Made by a program: the position numbers and the translations under genes | Shown here: positions 46,393 through 56,761 of the stretch, in pieces | How the letters are laid out: each line of letters opens with the position of its first letter | Position numbering within the stretch: the first letter of the stretch is position 1 | The notes under the pieces: generated by a model | What the model was told of the DNA's origin: nothing | The model's input: the letters and a program-made list of their open reading frames with translations, nothing else | The model's database searches: none | Origin: Rebecca billardiae RCC1528 | Lineage: Eukaryota; Protista; Haptophyta | Assembly (NCBI GenBank): GCA_965240325.2 | Contig: OZ251222.1 | Coordinates: 186,001 to 250,000, forward strand | Direction of reading: 5' to 3' | DNA: 64,000 bases

Positions 46393-47751
46393 ATGGGCGC
46401 CAACGCGCAGCCGCTGCTCAACCCGCCAGACGCCGCGCCGCGCGACAAGCGGACCACGGTGCTGGCGTGCTTCTTCGCCGTCGGCGCCGGCTCGTGTATC
46501 ACCTTCAACTCGGTCGTGATGGCGGTGGCCTACTTCCGCGAGTTCCTCGGCGAGGGCGTGCTCGCCAAGCTCGCGCTCGCGCACAACTCGGCGCTGCTGC
46601 TCTCCATGGGCAGTCTGATCGTCGCCGCCTCAAAGAACCCGTCTCTCGCCGTGTATCAGATCGTACTGCGCGGCTCGCTGCTCTTCGCCGTCGGCTTCGA
46701 TGCCGTCGTGCTGCAGGCCGCGTGGCGACGTCAGCCGATCCACGAGGCGCCGTTGCTGGTCGCCGTCGCGCTCAACGGCGTGGCGACGGGGCTTGTGCAG
46801 GGTCTCGGCGCGTCGCTCGGCGGGCTGTTCGACCCGTACTCGTTCTACAAGGGCTGCGGCGCCATGCAGCTCAGCGGCGCAGCGTTCGGCGTGCTCGTCC
46901 CCACGCTCACGCAGCTCGCTCTCATCCCGATCGCCGCGCGCGCGCGCACGAGCGAGGAGCTCAAGGACGCGTCACGGCTCGGCGCGGTCGTGAGCTGCGC
47001 GATCGCGGCGGCGGTGGGCCTCTCGGCGACCGTCGCCGTGGGCGTGCTCAAGTCCACGCAGATCTGGCACGCCGTCGCCGAGCAGTGTCTCGCCGGGATC
47101 GAGAACGAGTGCGGCCCGCGGCCGCCGGCCGGCTCGGAGGCGCGCATCAACCCCGCGGTGGACACGATCGGCAAGTGCATCAACACGGGCTCGAAGCGCG
47201 TGCTCTGGACGCGGCTGCACCAGATGTCGATGGTCATGGTCGCGCAGATGATCATCGAGTTCTCCTTCGTCGCGCTCCTGCTGATGGCCCCCGCCCTGCC
47301 CGTGCGCGGCGGCTCGTTCTGGCAGCACTTCCTCGCGACCGCCTGCTTGATTGTCGCCAACGTCGGCAGCTTCGCCGGGCGCATGACCGCGACCACGAGC
47401 GGGCTTGGCGAGCCTTCGGGGCTGGCGCGCTTCGGGAGGCATGGCCGGACGGTCCTGCTGAGCGCGCTCGTGGGATTCGCGCCCATCCCCGCCGTCGCGA
47501 TCCACGTGTACAAGCACGCCGCGCTGAGCGGGGGCGGGGCGCTCTCGGCGTGGTGGCTGCTCGCGTGCTTCGCGCTCGCGTCGACGGTCATCGGCTTCAC
47601 GCTCATCTCGCTCATGCAGCTCTCGCAGAGGCTGTGCAACCATAGCATGGCGACGCCGTGCGAGATCACGGCGCAGTTCATCTGGATCTCGCTCAACGTT
47701 GGCGCCCTCGGGGGAACCGTCCTCGCGCTCGCCATGGCGCATGGCCACTGA
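46393..47751 (+). CDS. Multi-pass membrane transporter, equilibrative nucleoside transporter (SLC29/ENT)-like
   Basis: About 11 hydrophobic segments with a central loop; FFAVGAGSCITFNSV..AVAYF, ANVGSFAGR and LNVGALGG resemble ENT motifs. First ATG at 46393. Confidence 0.65.
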   Translation: MGANAQPLLNPPDAAPRDKRTTVLACFFAVGAGSCITFNSVVMAVAYFREFLGEGVLAKLALAHNSALLLSMGSLIVAASKNPSLAVYQIVLRGSLLFAVGFDAVVLQAAWRRQPIHEAPLLVAVALNGVATGLVQGLGASLGGLFDPYSFYKGCGAMQLSGAAFGVLVPTLTQLALIPIAARARTSEELKDASRLGAVVSCAIAAAVGLSATVAVGVLKSTQIWHAVAEQCLAGIENECGPRPPAGSEARINPAVDTIGKCINTGSKRVLWTRLHQMSMVMVAQMIIEFSFVALLLMAPALPVRGGSFWQHFLATACLIVANVGSFAGRMTATTSGLGEPSGLARFGRHGRTVLLSALVGFAPIPAVAIHVYKHAALSGGGALSAWWLLACFALASTVIGFTLISLMQLSQRLCNHSMATPCEITAQFIWISLNVGALGGTVLALAMAHGH

Positions 47752-48010
47752 CTGAGACTTGATGACGATTGACGGCTGATCTGAATGAATATACGCCGTA
47801 GCCTGCGGTCTGAGGGCGGGCAGTCTGCTGGGCGTCTGGTGGCGATCACCTCAAGTGAATGCTATCGTCAGACTACGTCCGATTGGAATCATCATTGCTG
47901 CGCAGAGCCGACAGAGCAGCAGCTGACTCATTGTCAATCAGAATATATCGTCATCATCATAATTCATATCCCGCGCCGCCGCGTCTGCCGCTGACTCGCC
48001 CCGCTGACTG

Positions 48011-49380
48011 CTACAGCTCCGCCTTAAGCTCGCCCGCCCCCGAAGCCTCCGAGCCTGCCGCGTCGGGGAGCACTGGTGGCACGACACCCTGCACGCCATG
48101 CGCGCCACCCCACATGCTTGTCCGTGACACGTCCATGCGCTTGAGCCGGCCAGCGATCGCACCTAGCTCGGTCGGCAGGGTGCCGTCGAGCGACGTCGAG
48201 GCGAACAAGGCCTCCTTGAGCTTGGGCATCAAGCCGATCTCCGTCGGCAGGGTGCCGGTGAGAGCATTTTGAGTGGAATTCCTGCCTCAGCGCGCACACA
48301 GCATTGGAGGGGGCGAATGACGATGATCAACATAGACGCAGTCAGATGCTCTCCAACGGTCGCTGGTGGGCAATGGAACGGGCGAGCAAGAACACGCGCG
48401 CGCAGCGTGAGCGCGCACATGCCCACGAGCCCGGCCATGACGCCCAGCTCGGTCGGCAAGGTGCCTGCAAGCGAGTTGGTGTTCAGGCCGCTGCGGGCGC
48501 CACCCGGATGCAGGGGGCGGCAGGCGCCAGGTGCAGGGGAGCGGGCGCATCGATGCTATTGTAATTGCAGCGGCAGCAGGCTGAGGGACTTGGCGCGGCG
48601 GCGCCGGTCGCTCAGCACGGCGCGTACATGGTCACGAGGGCAGTGAGCAGACCGATCTCCGTGGGGACAGTCCCTGCGAGCGAGTTGTAGTGTAGGCCGC
48701 TGCGCGCACAGCGGCCCAGGGCATGCAGGCCGACACATCGCAGCAGGCGCGTTCACACATGGATGCGCCGGGCAAGATGCGCGTGCGTGTCAGGGGCACA
48801 AATGGGAACCGTACGCGCGGCTCGCACGCGCTTCTGTGGGCGTACATGGCGGACAGTAGCTTGAGATTCCCCACCTCCGTCGGCACGGTGCCCACGAGCA
48901 GGTTGTAGTGCAGACCCCTGCGAGGCGAGCAAGTTGTCCCAGGGCGCATGCTCGCATGGGCGCGCGTGCCAGCAAGCGCATGCAGCGCACGCACGCAGCG
49001 CACAATGGCGCAGGGCGAGCGCGTACAGGTACGTCAGGCTCGTCAGCGTGCCAACCTCTGTCGGCACAGTGCCCTCGAGCGAATGACCGAGAAAGTGTCT
49101 GTGCGGGTGTGGCATCCAAATGCGGCATCCATATGCCGGACGAGATCCATGTGGTGCAGCCGCGCGCGCGGACGCGAGCGCCGTACGTCCGTCAGCCAGG
49201 TGCGCTCGCGTCCGCGCGCGCGGCGCGCTGACGACGCAGCACGGCGTTGGGCACGGACAGTCGGTCGCATGCTGACGGCTCGGCGAGGCATCCAGTGTAC
49301 GTCTCGTTCTCCTCGAGCAGGGCACCCACCGCGAGCTGCGCCAAGGCGAGCAGCGCGATGAGCGGGCGGCAGGGCGCCAT
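48011..49380 (-). CDS. Secretory-pathway plant-type LRR protein, 6 exons, 226 aa, C-terminal KAEL
   Basis: Exons 49380-49259, 49098-49027, 48917-48846, 48699-48628, 48490-48419 and 48281-48011. Repeats NxLxGTxPTExGxLxxL; signal peptide MAPCRPLIALLALAQLAVG. Confidence 0.88.
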
Positions 49381-49443
49381 CGTGGATTCGTGGCACAGGT
49401 TTGCTGAGAGCCTGAGATGCCGTGGTGGTGTGGTGAGCCAACG

Positions 49444-50937
49444 ATGGAGTCGGCCGCACGTTGGCGCCTGGGCGTGATCGTGGCGGTGTTGCTGGCGACA
49501 GCCCCGGCGAGAGGTGCCCCCATCGACGTAAACGCGACGATCGATCGTGCGCGACGGTACATCCTCTCTTCCATCGATCCCGCCGACGGCCGCTTCTGCT
49601 ACAACGCCGAGCTGTCGCGCAGGGACTCGACGCGCCGCGTGTGCAAGAACCACGACTACAACCTCCTGCGCCACGGGGGCACAATCTACGCGCTGGCCAC
49701 GCTCGCGGACAAGCGCGGCGCGCAGCTCGTGCCCACTCGCGCGGTCGAGCCCGCCGTGCGCTACCTGCTCTCCGAGAAGCAGATGCGCGCGCCCGTCGGC
49801 CACGAGAGCGTGCTCGCGATGTGGGAGCGCAAACGGGAGTACACGATCGCCAAGCTCGGCGGCGCGGGCCTGGCGCTCGTCGCGCTGACGAGCGAGCTCG
49901 CGCGCCGCGCCGTGCCCTCGCTCGGCACCGACCCCCGGCCCCAGCGCCTCGGCGACTTCGTGCTCCTGCTGCAGCGCGCCGACGGCTCGTTCCAGACACA
50001 CTACTACGAAGGGCTCTGGCGCCGGGACCGAGCGCGCCGGCTGCGGCGAGACGCAGCCGGCGGCGGCTTGGGCTCGATGCTCGGCGGGCTGTTCGGGCGC
50101 GCGGCGGACGCGCCGTCGGAACCGAGCGCGCCCACCACGCCGCCCTCGCGGGAGCCCACCGTCATGGTCGGCCACAGCGCCCGCACCGTCGGCCTGCACG
50201 GCAAGACGGCCACCGAGCCCACCTCGCTCTACTACCCCGGCGAGGCCGTGCTCGGCTTGATCCGGCTGCACGGCCGCACGGGCGCGGTGCGCTTCCTGCG
50301 CGGCGCGGCGCGCGCGCTGGCGTACCTCGCGCGCGCTCGCGCGGACACGCGCACGCCCAGCCTCCCCGCCGACCACTGGGCGCTGATCGCCACGAGCGAG
50401 CTGCTCAGCCTGGACGAGCGCACGCAGCGGCAGGCGTTTGGGGGGCTGCCGCCCAGCGCGCGCGGCGCGGTGCTCACGCACGCGGAGCGGCTGGTGCGCG
50501 CAATCGTGAGCTCGCTGGACAAGCACAACGTGCGCTCGCGCCCGGCGCCGGTGGCGACTCGACTCGAGGGCCTGCTGGCGATCCGGCCGCACGTGCGCAC
50601 TCTGAGCGTGCGCGCGCAGCTGGAGCGCGCGGTGCTGAGCCACGCGCGCGCGCTGTGCGCCGGCCAGGTGGCGGACGGCGGGCCCCTGGACGGCGGCTGG
50701 CGCGCGAAGCTCCCGGCGGAGGTGCTCGGCCTCGCGGACACGCCGGCGCCGCCGGCGCTGCCTCAGCGGAGCCCGACGCCGTCCAAGTCGGCGGCGGACG
50801 GCAGCGTGCGCATCGACTTTGTGCAGCACGCTCTCTCAGCGCTGCTCGGCTTTGAGGCGCTGCTGCGCGAGCGCCGAGCGGCGGACGGGGCGGCGGGGGT
50901 GGAGAGCACTGCGCTGGCGGAGCTTGCGCGTCGGTAG
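49444..50937 (+). CDS. Secreted hypothetical protein with a probable (alpha/alpha)6-barrel, bacterial-like family
   Basis: Intronless ORF with a signal peptide and motifs GRFCY, YNLLRHGGTIYAL, KLGGAGLAL, YYPGEA, DHW and RIDFVQHALSA. Confidence 0.7.
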   Translation: MESAARWRLGVIVAVLLATAPARGAPIDVNATIDRARRYILSSIDPADGRFCYNAELSRRDSTRRVCKNHDYNLLRHGGTIYALATLADKRGAQLVPTRAVEPAVRYLLSEKQMRAPVGHESVLAMWERKREYTIAKLGGAGLALVALTSELARRAVPSLGTDPRPQRLGDFVLLLQRADGSFQTHYYEGLWRRDRARRLRRDAAGGGLGSMLGGLFGRAADAPSEPSAPTTPPSREPTVMVGHSARTVGLHGKTATEPTSLYYPGEAVLGLIRLHGRTGAVRFLRGAARALAYLARARADTRTPSLPADHWALIATSELLSLDERTQRQAFGGLPPSARGAVLTHAERLVRAIVSSLDKHNVRSRPAPVATRLEGLLAIRPHVRTLSVRAQLERAVLSHARALCAGQVADGGPLDGGWRAKLPAEVLGLADTPAPPALPQRSPTPSKSAADGSVRIDFVQHALSALLGFEALLRERRAADGAAGVESTALAELARR

Positions 50938-51485
50938 CCACGGGTGGCGCCAAGCACGCTGCTGCGCCGGTCCACACAATGCTGCGCCGGCCTGGTGGCT
51001 GGTCCAGTGGTTCCTGCGCGGCGCACGACGTTGCAGCTAACCCGTCGCCTACCGCTGCACCCTGCTGGGCACGACACCGATGATGATGATGTCGACTATT
51101 AAATATAGTCCGGGGCCCACGACGACAAGCTGAAGCTTATTGCGCAAACGCGGCATCAATGAATGCAGGCGGCGGTAGTGATGATGACGATGCATCATAT
51201 AGAGAGAGAGAGAGAGAGAGAGAGATCGAGAGAGACGACTATGATACGGCCCGCCGGTGAGTATACGTGACTGTCGTCAGTCTGTCGTGAGCGCGCGGCG
51301 CACTGCAATTGCATAAGTCTGTAGTAAGACTGCTCTGTACAGTCTGTAGCGTCGGTAACGGACGGTAAGCGGTGGGCCGGATCGTTGTCATCGCGACGGC
51401 CGGCGGCTGCCTACTCGCGGAGCTCGTTGCCTCAAGGCTTGAGGCTGCGATATGTGCTCGTGCGCGCATGGCGCCCGGCACGTGG

Positions 51486-53372
51486 CTACGGCGTGCTCCC
51501 CCGCGCCGAGCGGCCCAATCGCGCCGGCGGGGCCACGTGCTGCTGCGAGATGACACGCACGCCGGCCATGGGACGCGGAGGCCGCGGTCGCAGGACGGGG
51601 GTCACCGCTTCAAGGCACTCTTCGCACAGCTGGACGGACGAGACGTCCGCGCGCGTGAGGTTCGCGAGGAGCCACAGCCGACGCGGCGCTTGCGCCGCGC
51701 CGCTCGCCGGCCGCTCGGCCGAACCTTCCCACAGCGGCGAGAGAAGGTTGGCGCGCGGCCGCGTGGCTGCCAGGTGGACCCGGCCGTCCGGCTCGGCGCC
51801 CCACTCGCACAGCGAGACGGGGAGCGAGGCCCAGTGCGCGCGGTCGAGCGAGGAGTACGCCACGAGGCGCACGCCCGCCCCGGCGATCTGCTCGGGCGAG
51901 TGCGCGGCGTACAGCAGGCTGACCCACACCTCGAGCTCGCCGTGCGCGCAGCCAGCGGCCGCGTCATCGCTGTCGGCCGCGGCCGCGCCGCCGAGCTCGC
52001 AGAACCGCCACACGTCTCGCATCAGCTGGCCGCCGCCGACGAGCGCGACGGGGACAAGGGGTAGCGTGGAGCGCGACAGGAAGAGCGCGAGCCCGTCGTC
52101 GTCCACTACCGCCGGCGTCGCCAGCGCGGGGAGCCGCCACGCCGGGTCGGACGAGAACGCGTCGGCGGGCGCGACGCTCGCGAGCCGCGCGCCGTCGAGC
52201 ACGAGCAGCAGCGCGGCCGGACCCTGCACGTCGAGCCGGCTGCGCTCGTCGTGCGAGAAGGCGAGCGGGGAGAGCCGCGCGCCGCGGATCAGCGGGAACG
52301 TCATCGCCAGCGGGTCTTGCTCGGCCCCATCCGCCTCCGCGCCCTCCCCGACCCACGGGTTGTGCACCCCCAGCGGAATGGTCACAGGCTGAGGCCGGGG
52401 GCACGCGCGGCTGTGCGCTGCGCAGCCCACAGACATGGGCTCGGCGGTGCGCACGCCGGCGAGCATGGCGAGCTGCCGAATCGCGACCGGGCTCAGCGGC
52501 AGCTGCGCCACCGCCGGCGTGCTCCCGTTCGACGCGTTCGCCGCGCTGATGTTCGCGCACAGCGCCTGCAGGGTGCACGGCGACGCGCCGACGGTGCGCA
52601 CCAGCCGCTCGGCCGCGCGCCGCCGTCCGCGCAGCGAGAGCAGCGGGCCAAAGAGCTCGGAGCCGCTGCCGAGCGTGAGGACGAGGTCCGAATAGGTCGC
52701 GCGCGCGTCAGGGAACGTCAGCGGCAGCGACGCGACCGCCGCGCGCGCGCCCTCCGCGCCATCGAACGCGTTGGTCATCAGGTCGAAGCGAACGAAGCGC
52801 TCGTTGAGCCAGCAGCTGTCGTCTGCCGGGGACACGCGGCACCGAGTGCCCGCGGCGTTGCAGTGGCGGAAGTGCCCCGGCGCGCGGCCTTGGCACGGTA
52901 TTCGCCCCGTGTTCACCACGCTGGCGTACGGCACGCGCGCGCGCTCCGTGTAGTACGAGCCGTAGCTCGTGTGCGGAAATCGCAGGAGGGTGTGCCGCGT
53001 CGTCAGCCCGTCGCCCTCCTCGCGCTGGTCGCTCAGCAGCTCGATCGAGGCCGCCTCGATCTCGAGCGAGTCGATCTCGAGCTCGCCTGCGAGGCTGGCG
53101 CCCTCAACGACGACGGCTGGCGCGTCGTCGGCTTGCCTGCTGTCGTGCCCCTGGGGAGGCCGACGCGCAGCCCGCAGGGCGCGCCCAGGAGCTCCTGCGC
53201 CCCGGCTCACCGCGCGCACCACGCCGTGAAACTCGACAATCGCCACGGGGATGACGAAGAGGAAGAGGGCAACACCAAAGATGACCGTAAAGATCGCGAG
53301 CGCGCCGACTAGCGCCAGGCACCTGCGCCTCCACTTCGAGTGACGAGGTGCCTGGCGCTCGTCCGTCGCCAT
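51486..53372 (-). CDS. Hypothetical type II membrane protein
   Basis: Long ORF with GC3-rich codons. ATG 53372 (MATDERQ) is followed by a basic patch and one TM helix. No family recognised. Confidence 0.65.
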   Translation of the reverse strand: MATDERQAPRHSKWRRRCLALVGALAIFTVIFGVALFLFVIPVAIVEFHGVVRAVSRGAGAPGRALRAARRPPQGHDSRQADDAPAVVVEGASLAGELEIDSLEIEAASIELLSDQREEGDGLTTRHTLLRFPHTSYGSYYTERARVPYASVVNTGRIPCQGRAPGHFRHCNAAGTRCRVSPADDSCWLNERFVRFDLMTNAFDGAEGARAAVASLPLTFPDARATYSDLVLTLGSGSELFGPLLSLRGRRRAAERLVRTVGASPCTLQALCANISAANASNGSTPAVAQLPLSPVAIRQLAMLAGVRTAEPMSVGCAAHSRACPRPQPVTIPLGVHNPWVGEGAEADGAEQDPLAMTFPLIRGARLSPLAFSHDERSRLDVQGPAALLLVLDGARLASVAPADAFSSDPAWRLPALATPAVVDDDGLALFLSRSTLPLVPVALVGGGQLMRDVWRFCELGGAAAADSDDAAAGCAHGELEVWVSLLYAAHSPEQIAGAGVRLVAYSSLDRAHWASLPVSLCEWGAEPDGRVHLAATRPRANLLSPLWEGSAERPASGAAQAPRRLWLLANLTRADVSSVQLCEECLEAVTPVLRPRPPRPMAGVRVISQQHVAPPARLGRSARGSTP

Positions 53373-53657
53373 CGTGTTGAGGACTTCGATTGACGAAGAC
53401 TGAATAATTTTAACGCACGTTAAAACAAATAAACTGTAGACTGCTGAATCAAAAGTCGTCGACCGAAAATTGGACGATCGCGACGAAAATCCGCCGACAA
53501 CTGGTAACTTACGTATGGACGACGAAAATATCATCCGGCGGCTGCCGCGGCCGCACGACTGACGGCGTCAACGAACCTGGTACTTACAATTTGATGATAC
53601 GGTTTGAGCCGCTTCGACGGTCAAGCATCATCGGCGTGCGTACGTGATGGAGCTGCG

Positions 53658-55520
53658 CTACCACTCGCTCTCGACGTAGTCCTTGAGGAAGACGCCGTGC
53701 ACCGGCTGGCCGCTCGCGACGCCCGAGAAGACTGGATCGCACACGCGCGCCGCAGCGTCGATCTCGTCCAGGGGCGTCTGGAAGTTGTGCGTGCGCGCCG
53801 TGTTGAGCGCCTTGTGCACCGGGTTCTCGTCGTTGATCCACCCGGTATCGACGGCGGTCATGTAGATGCCGCTCGCCGCGTAGTCGCTCGCGGACGTGCG
53901 CGTCATCATGTTGAGCGCGGCCTTGGCCATGTTGGTGTGCGGGTGGCAGGGCGTCTTCTGCCGATAGAACTTGCCCTCCATGGCGCTCACGTTCACGATG
54001 AACTTGGGGACGGAGGGCGGCGTGCGCTCCATCACGCCCTTCAGCCGCGAGTTGATCACGAACGGCGCGAGCGTGTTGATCGCCAGCACCTCCGCCGCCT
54101 CCGTCGACGAGACGTCCGCCAGCCGCAGCAGCCACGAGTTGGTGCGCCGCAGGTCGAGCTGCTGCCCGTTCACGTCGCACGCGCCGACGGGGAAGGCCTC
54201 GCTCGACATCGCGTCGGCGCCCGCGCTCGCGCCAGGCTCCGCGCCGCGCACGGGGTCGCGCGGCGAGGGCGCCTCGGCCGCCGTGTCGCTGCCAGCCCCG
54301 GGCGGCGCGGAGCCGCTGGGCGAACCCGCGCCACCGCCCGCCTCGCGCGGCGGGGCGGCAGGCGCGCCGGCGTCAGCCCCGGCGCCTGTGCCTGTGCTCT
54401 CATCGCCGCCGGCTGGGCGTGAGGCGAGGTGCTCGATGGTGCTCGCCGCGGGCTGCACGGCGGCGATCGGGGCGTGGCCGCCAACCAGACGCAGGTGCTG
54501 ACACCCGCTCGCGCCGCCCGCGCTCTCGTGCAGCGCGAGCAGTGACCTCGCCGCCCGCGGTAGCTCGGCCGAGGGCAGCTGCTCGCGCGCCAGTAAATGT
54601 GAGTAGTAGGCGGCGGGCCTGCGGATGGTCTGGCACGCGTTGTTGATGATGACGTCGAGGCGGTCGCACGTGCGCGAGACGTGCGCGCACAGCTGCTCCA
54701 GCCCCGCGATGTCGCGCAGGTCGATCCCGCAGATCTGCAGCCGGTGGCCCCACGCGTCAAAGTCGGACGCGGCCGCGAACCGCAGCGCCGCGTCGTGGGG
54801 GAACCGAGTGGTCGCGAGCACGCGCGCGCCCGCGCGCAGCAGCTTGAGCGTGATGTGGAAGCCGATCTTGATGCGCGCGCCCGTCACGAGCGCCACGCGC
54901 CCGCTCAGCTCGGCCGTCTGGTGCCGCTTCTCGAAGTTGAGCGCGGCGCACGCCGGGCAGAGCGAGTCGTAAAAGTGGTGCAGCTCGGTGAATCGGCCCT
55001 TGCACGTGTAGCACACGCGCGACGAGGCGTGCAGCCGCGCGGGCTCGGCGGCGTCGCGGGCGGCGCCGTCGCCCGCCTCGTCCGCCCCGTCCGCCGCGCC
55101 CTCGCCGAGCGCGCCGCCTCCGGGCACGATCAGAGGCACGAGGCCGTCGTCGACGGCGCCGTCCGGCACGAGCGCGCACGGCGCTTGCTTCTCGAGCTCC
55201 TTGAGCTTTGCCAGCCGCTCGGCGCGCAGCCGCGTCTTGTTGAGGGTCTTCCGATCTCTCGCCACCTCCGAGGCCACGCGCCTCGCGCGCTCGCGCCGCC
55301 ACGCACGGTTCTGCTGGTACGCGTCCGCGTCCTGCCCGTAGAAGAGCTTCCCGCGCATGTCCTCGAGGAAAGGGACGAGCGCCTTGCGCAGCGGGCGGCA
55401 GCGGGACGAGCGGAACTCGTCGGTTGGGTGCTCGTCCGGCCCGACAAGCCGCGCGAGAACGCTCACCGCCGTGGCCAGCTCGTCGTCGCCGATTGGCTGC
55501 GCACCGGCGTTCGCATCCAT
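53658..55520 (-). CDS. Short-chain dehydrogenase/reductase with an N-terminal CxxC..CxxC module
   Basis: CYTCK...YDSLCPAC; VALVTGARIKIG; IINNACQT; IVNVSAMEG; HPHTNMAKAALNMMT; VDTGWI. First ATG at 55520. Confidence 0.88.
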   Translation of the reverse strand: MDANAGAQPIGDDELATAVSVLARLVGPDEHPTDEFRSSRCRPLRKALVPFLEDMRGKLFYGQDADAYQQNRAWRRERARRVASEVARDRKTLNKTRLRAERLAKLKELEKQAPCALVPDGAVDDGLVPLIVPGGGALGEGAADGADEAGDGAARDAAEPARLHASSRVCYTCKGRFTELHHFYDSLCPACAALNFEKRHQTAELSGRVALVTGARIKIGFHITLKLLRAGARVLATTRFPHDAALRFAAASDFDAWGHRLQICGIDLRDIAGLEQLCAHVSRTCDRLDVIINNACQTIRRPAAYYSHLLAREQLPSAELPRAARSLLALHESAGGASGCQHLRLVGGHAPIAAVQPAASTIEHLASRPAGGDESTGTGAGADAGAPAAPPREAGGGAGSPSGSAPPGAGSDTAAEAPSPRDPVRGAEPGASAGADAMSSEAFPVGACDVNGQQLDLRRTNSWLLRLADVSSTEAAEVLAINTLAPFVINSRLKGVMERTPPSVPKFIVNVSAMEGKFYRQKTPCHPHTNMAKAALNMMTRTSASDYAASGIYMTAVDTGWINDENPVHKALNTARTHNFQTPLDEIDAAARVCDPVFSGVASGQPVHGVFLKDYVESEW

Positions 55521-55724
55521 GGCCGCACGTGGCGAGTGCACCTCCACCTCGCGCCCAGCCAAGCTCAAAGCCGGACTCAGCTATCCAGCTTGTGAGCAAG
55601 GGTGGTGGCGGCACCGGCGACGGCGTTCGGCGTCGGCCGTCGCTCCGCGTCCGAACGCGACGGCCGGGTGCCCGAGCGGAGATACTCCTGTCGGCACCGT
55701 GTGCCTGCGGCGTCGCTTCGCGCC

Positions 55725-56477
55725 ATGGCTGGGTCCATCAGCACGCTCGCCAACACCGTCATCCTGACGAGCATCGTTGCGTTCACACTGGCTGGCGCTC
55801 CGGTCGAGCCCATCTTGCGCATCGCTCGGCGTGCGTGGGCGAGATTGTGCCAGCTGCGGGACCGCGAGGTGCATGTGCTGCTCGGAAGGTACAAGCAGTC
55901 TCAAATCGTCTTTGCAGCCCTTGACCTCGGCATGTTTGATCTGCTCTCCTTCCGCGGGCCTGCCTCAGCGGCAGACCTGGCCGAGGACATGGCTGGCGAG
56001 TCGCCACCCTCCACCGGGGCAATCGCTGCCCTCCTCGAGGCGCTCGTCGCTCAAGGGCTCGTCGTGCGCTCGCTCCCAGACTCATCTGGCGCCGGTGGAG
56101 GCTGCCTGTACGCAAACGCGCCCGCGACGAGTCGGCTGCTGTGCCAGGCGAGTGCATCCAACATCCTGGCCGAGGCGATGCTGCTGCAGGCGGAGTACCC
56201 GCTCTGGTCCGAGCTGGCGGAGGCCGTGCTTGCGTGCCCGGAGGGCGTGATCGCGGTGCCACGTGAGGCCCAGTCGAGCGACAGCCCCCCGCCATTTCGT
56301 GCGCGTGACGATCCAGCCCCATTTCTCGGCATTGACGAGCAGCCCTCCGCCGTGCCGGCGCACGCCGCATCGATGAGCATAGAGCGCGTGATGCAGATTT
56401 GGGTGCGTCATCGCCAACACCTGCAGGTCCAACAGCAGAATAACGACGACGGCGACGACACTGATGCTGAGACTTAG
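55725..56477 (+). CDS. Protein with an O-methyltransferase dimerisation (winged-helix) domain only
   Basis: SQIVFAALDLGMFDLL..GPASAADLA...LLEALVAQGLV...YAN...W..LAEAV. No SAM-binding DxGxGxG domain before the stop. Confidence 0.65.
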   Translation: MAGSISTLANTVILTSIVAFTLAGAPVEPILRIARRAWARLCQLRDREVHVLLGRYKQSQIVFAALDLGMFDLLSFRGPASAADLAEDMAGESPPSTGAIAALLEALVAQGLVVRSLPDSSGAGGGCLYANAPATSRLLCQASASNILAEAMLLQAEYPLWSELAEAVLACPEGVIAVPREAQSSDSPPPFRARDDPAPFLGIDEQPSAVPAHAASMSIERVMQIWVRHRQHLQVQQQNNDDGDDTDAET

Positions 56478-56761
56478 CGCGCGCCAATGACACCACACGT
56501 ACTTTGAATATATGTATATATGTATATATATACATATATATATATTATTATTAAATAATATATATATATATAGTTATTACGGCATTATGATTATTCATCC
56601 GCGCGGAGTTATATGTAATATATCGTCGTCATCATCATCTTTTAGTCTTTTACATTAATTTATTAATTATTATTCGATGACTTCATCAGCTACTTGATCA
56701 CAGCAGTGTGCTGTAAATATTATAATGCGCGCGCGGGTAAATATAGAGTCGTCGTCATTCG

